A stretch of DNA of 62,326 nt, the filler included. It is 15 parts of 15 records of this genome, joined end to end, with 100 filler letters (N's around TTAATTAATTAA, not from the genome) between each part and the next. Parts side by side here need not be neighbours in the genome. Positions count along the whole stretch, not along the records: positions 58,138 to 62,326 come from SRR15195285_14738; 14 more parts are not named here. One strand, 5' to 3'. Made by a program: the position numbers and the translations under genes. The notes beneath the pieces were generated by a model. That model did not search any database, was not told the origin of the DNA, and saw only the letters and a list, made by a program, of their open reading frames with translations. Positions 59,820 to 62,326 of this stretch are shown here, in pieces. Position 1 is the stretch's first letter. The number at the start of each line of letters is the position of its first letter.

Positions 59820-60817
59820 CACAGCCCGTCTTCGCCACTTCTAACGCCGGACAAAGATCAAGAGTGGTCTGGTGGGGAAAGTCAAGCTTCTGAGGACAAG
59901 CTAGCTCCCAAGAGGGAGATAGGGGTCAGCGCGGACCACTACGTACTTGCCTCGCGGCGAAGCCGACCCTGCGAGGCTGCGTGCTGGCGCCCGCCGCCCT
60001 GCCTGCCGCCTGCATCATCCATCTGCATCATCCAGTGCTCATCGTCGTACTTCGCAAGCAGCCGGGCGCGCTCCGCACGCATCGCCGGAGATGGACATCC
60101 GATCGATCGCCTCCGGGCTTCCTCGGCTCCCGCGCGCGCGGTCGCGACCGTACCCGCACCGCCGTCCCGACGCGGCTATGGTACACATTATTATGTAAGT
60201 TTGGGTGGGTACGCCCAGAAATCGATCAGGTACCCCGGGAACGAAGTGCATCGTTTTCGGAGATTTCTTAGGATTCTGGAATGGGGGGTACCTGGGCACT
60301 GCATCTCGGACGGGTACGCCTACACCGCTGGCCACATACGATTCTCGGCGCCACATGCGATTCTTCCGGGTGGATTCAGGGTAGTGGTCGCCAGCCGTAG
60401 TCTGTAGCTCTCTAGAGGGGGTACTATGGGTAGTACTTAGAGATTCAGCTAGTACACTTCACGCCGAGCACAGTACTGTACGTGTATAGAGGACCAAGGC
60501 CTGCTCGCCCCGTGGTCTGAACATGATCTATGGGTCAGAATTCAATCCACTTCTCTCTCTTCATGAGTTAGACAGTTGAAGCAGCGTTGTACTGTACGGT
60601 ACTGGTACTAACTATTGCACCAGGCTTCGCGCTACGCACTGCTAGGGGCCCACGTGTACTCTCCACCGTTTCTTTGGAGGGAGATATGAACGGACATGCA
60701 ATTCCGACACCGTGCCACCAGCGGGCCGCGCTACGAAGGCATGGAGGGGGACGTCGCGAGCTTGCGCCAGCAAGGAAATCACATGAATTCACGCTTCCCT
60801 TTGCCACGGCCTTTGCG

Positions 60818-62326
60818 TCAAGAATCGATGGCCTTCCTAGGTGTCGGCAATGCGAGTACGCCTGAAGCTCGGGCAAGACCCAATTGGACGAGGTATAGAG
60901 CTGCCGCGACAAAGTAGAAGAAGCCAGACCGACCTCGATCGCTGCCCAAAGAGAAGAGCTTGCCCCAAACCTGTCCACAACCATGCAACAAGATGGTCAT
61001 TGTCAAAAGCTCATATAAGTAGCAGCGGCTTGACCGTCGCAAGCGCTAGCAGTATCGCACGCAGAAGAAAGTGCGAGAGAAATGCGTTTGAGTCTCACCA
61101 GTGGAGCGAAGATGCGCACAATAGTCTGCAGGTTGCTGCGCGCCCCCTGCAGCTCGCCCTGTGCCATGCCTTGACGTGTACCCTCCAGCGTTGTCGCAGT
61201 CGAGATGGCAATCGGTGCCATCCCTCTGCTCAATGAGTTAAAAGGGATGAGCGCAAAAAAATGCCAGCCGGATGTGCAAAGGGCTGAGGCTGCATTCCAA
61301 CAAGCTGAGAGGACCGTGCCCATCTCGAATGATGCCGCGGTTCCAAACCTCTTGAACATCGAAGAGGACACCATGTACCCGCCGATCGAGAATATCGAGC
61401 TCGTTGACATAAATCGTCCGCGCATATTCACATCCCAAGAAAGGACAGCTTGGCGGTGCAGATTGCCAATTTGCCACGTGGCACGGCCATCACACATAGA
61501 GCCAACCATTTCGAGAACTGCCAGCGCCCGTAGGCTACATCGAACCAATTGGTGGTATCCAATGCAGATGGGTCACCAGCAGCACCATCATGCCCAACAA
61601 AGCAAGGAGGTTAGAGAAGCCAGAAGAACTATCGTCAATTAGTCAGCAAGTTCGCAGCGGATGCTGGCGTACAGTGCGCAGAAAGATTTTGAGTGCGTAC
61701 CGTGAGCCGTTTGTGAAGAGCTTAAGAAAGCTCCCTGGGCTGGCGCGCTTTGCAAAGTCGGCCACCGAGAAGGGCCGTCGGTCCTCGGGTAGCAGTGTTT
61801 CTGTGACGAGGTAGGTGCACGCTGGCACCGTGACGAGGTACACACAGGTCGCGACGATCCATGGCAGTCGAATACCGCGGCTGACCAGATAAGCGGAGAT
61901 CATTGGCGAGAAGATCATGTTGACTTGACCTGCTCAACCCATCAAAGAGAAAATGAGATGGGTCACTCGAGAAAATCATGTTGACTTGATTGATTGGGTC
62001 CTCACCCATCATCTCGATTTTTGAGGACGCTGCGGCGTATTTCGAAGGCGAGTGTTTCAGCAGGTCGCCGAGCGCAGCCTGTCGCCCGATCATCCACGCG
62101 CTCATCGTGAACGGCCGCATCATGTCACCGACGATTAAGGTGGAGACGCTCGGGCCTCGCCAGGCTGTGTAAAAGTTCTTCCCAAGGGAGATGATTGGGC
62201 TGAGCAGCATCAGCGGTTTGCGACCTTGTGAATCTGACCAGCCGGCTAGGATCGGGTTGATGACGAACGACAGTGCGCCCGAAACTGACTGGATCAGCGC
62301 CTGAACGCGCGCCTGCTCGGCGAAGT
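60818..62326 (-). CDS. MFS transporter, TetA/MFSD14(HIAT1)-like, 5' truncated, multi-exon
   Basis: Motif A AGWSDSQGRKPLMLL; LVTETLLPEDRRPF; QGELQGA..IFAPL|VWGKLF; several hydrophobic segments; three GT-AG introns. Confidence 0.87.

Noticed and set aside
60180-60370. Short direct repeats (gggtacgcc x2, ccacatRcgattct x2) suggesting a transposon end
   Set aside because: No terminal inverted repeat, target-site duplication or second copy in the window.
1595-62005. Non-canonical introns, an introner family, stop-codon reassignment or selenocysteine
   Set aside because: Every junction I reconstructed is GT-AG; the introns I compared share no evident sequence or terminal inverted repeats; TAA, TAG and TGA all end genes; apparent internal stops fall in introns.
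1-62326. An operon-like polysaccharide-utilisation cluster or multi-gene system spanning the window
   Set aside because: Genes lie on 15 separate contigs joined by synthetic linkers, so adjacency across linkers carries no information.

Overview
This is not one locus. It is 15 short, unlinked contigs (about 3-6.5 kb each) joined by an artificial 100-nt linker (44 N + TTAATTAATTAA + 44 N, stops in all six frames). The DNA is GC-rich, gene-dense and eukaryotic: short GT-AG spliceosomal introns (about 75-200 nt), the standard genetic code, signal peptides, a mitochondrial-type presequence and an ER-retention-like C-terminus. It is probably a protist genome or MAG, but the lineage cannot be assigned from sequence alone. 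I hand-spliced about 22 gene models. Polysaccharide-degrading genes are prominent: an IDS-type sulfatase, GH2, a GH95-like enzyme, two DUF5054/GH38-like proteins, two beta-helix proteins, an esterase and a broken alginate-lyase-family fragment. Other genes include SSADH, an atypical PDI, a Cys-less pentameric ligand-gated channel, an MFS transporter and several unusual multidomain proteins. The best candidate for an undescribed system is a 4-exon gene at 31696-35289 (-). It appears to encode a gustatory/odorant-receptor-like 7TM ion channel (7TMIC/GRL, DUF3537-like C-terminus) with an IQ-like motif and a cyclic-nucleotide-binding domain inserted in its predicted first intracellular loop. All domain calls are by-eye motif recognition and need HMM or structure confirmation. 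I saw no rRNA, tRNA, CRISPR array or autonomous transposon.
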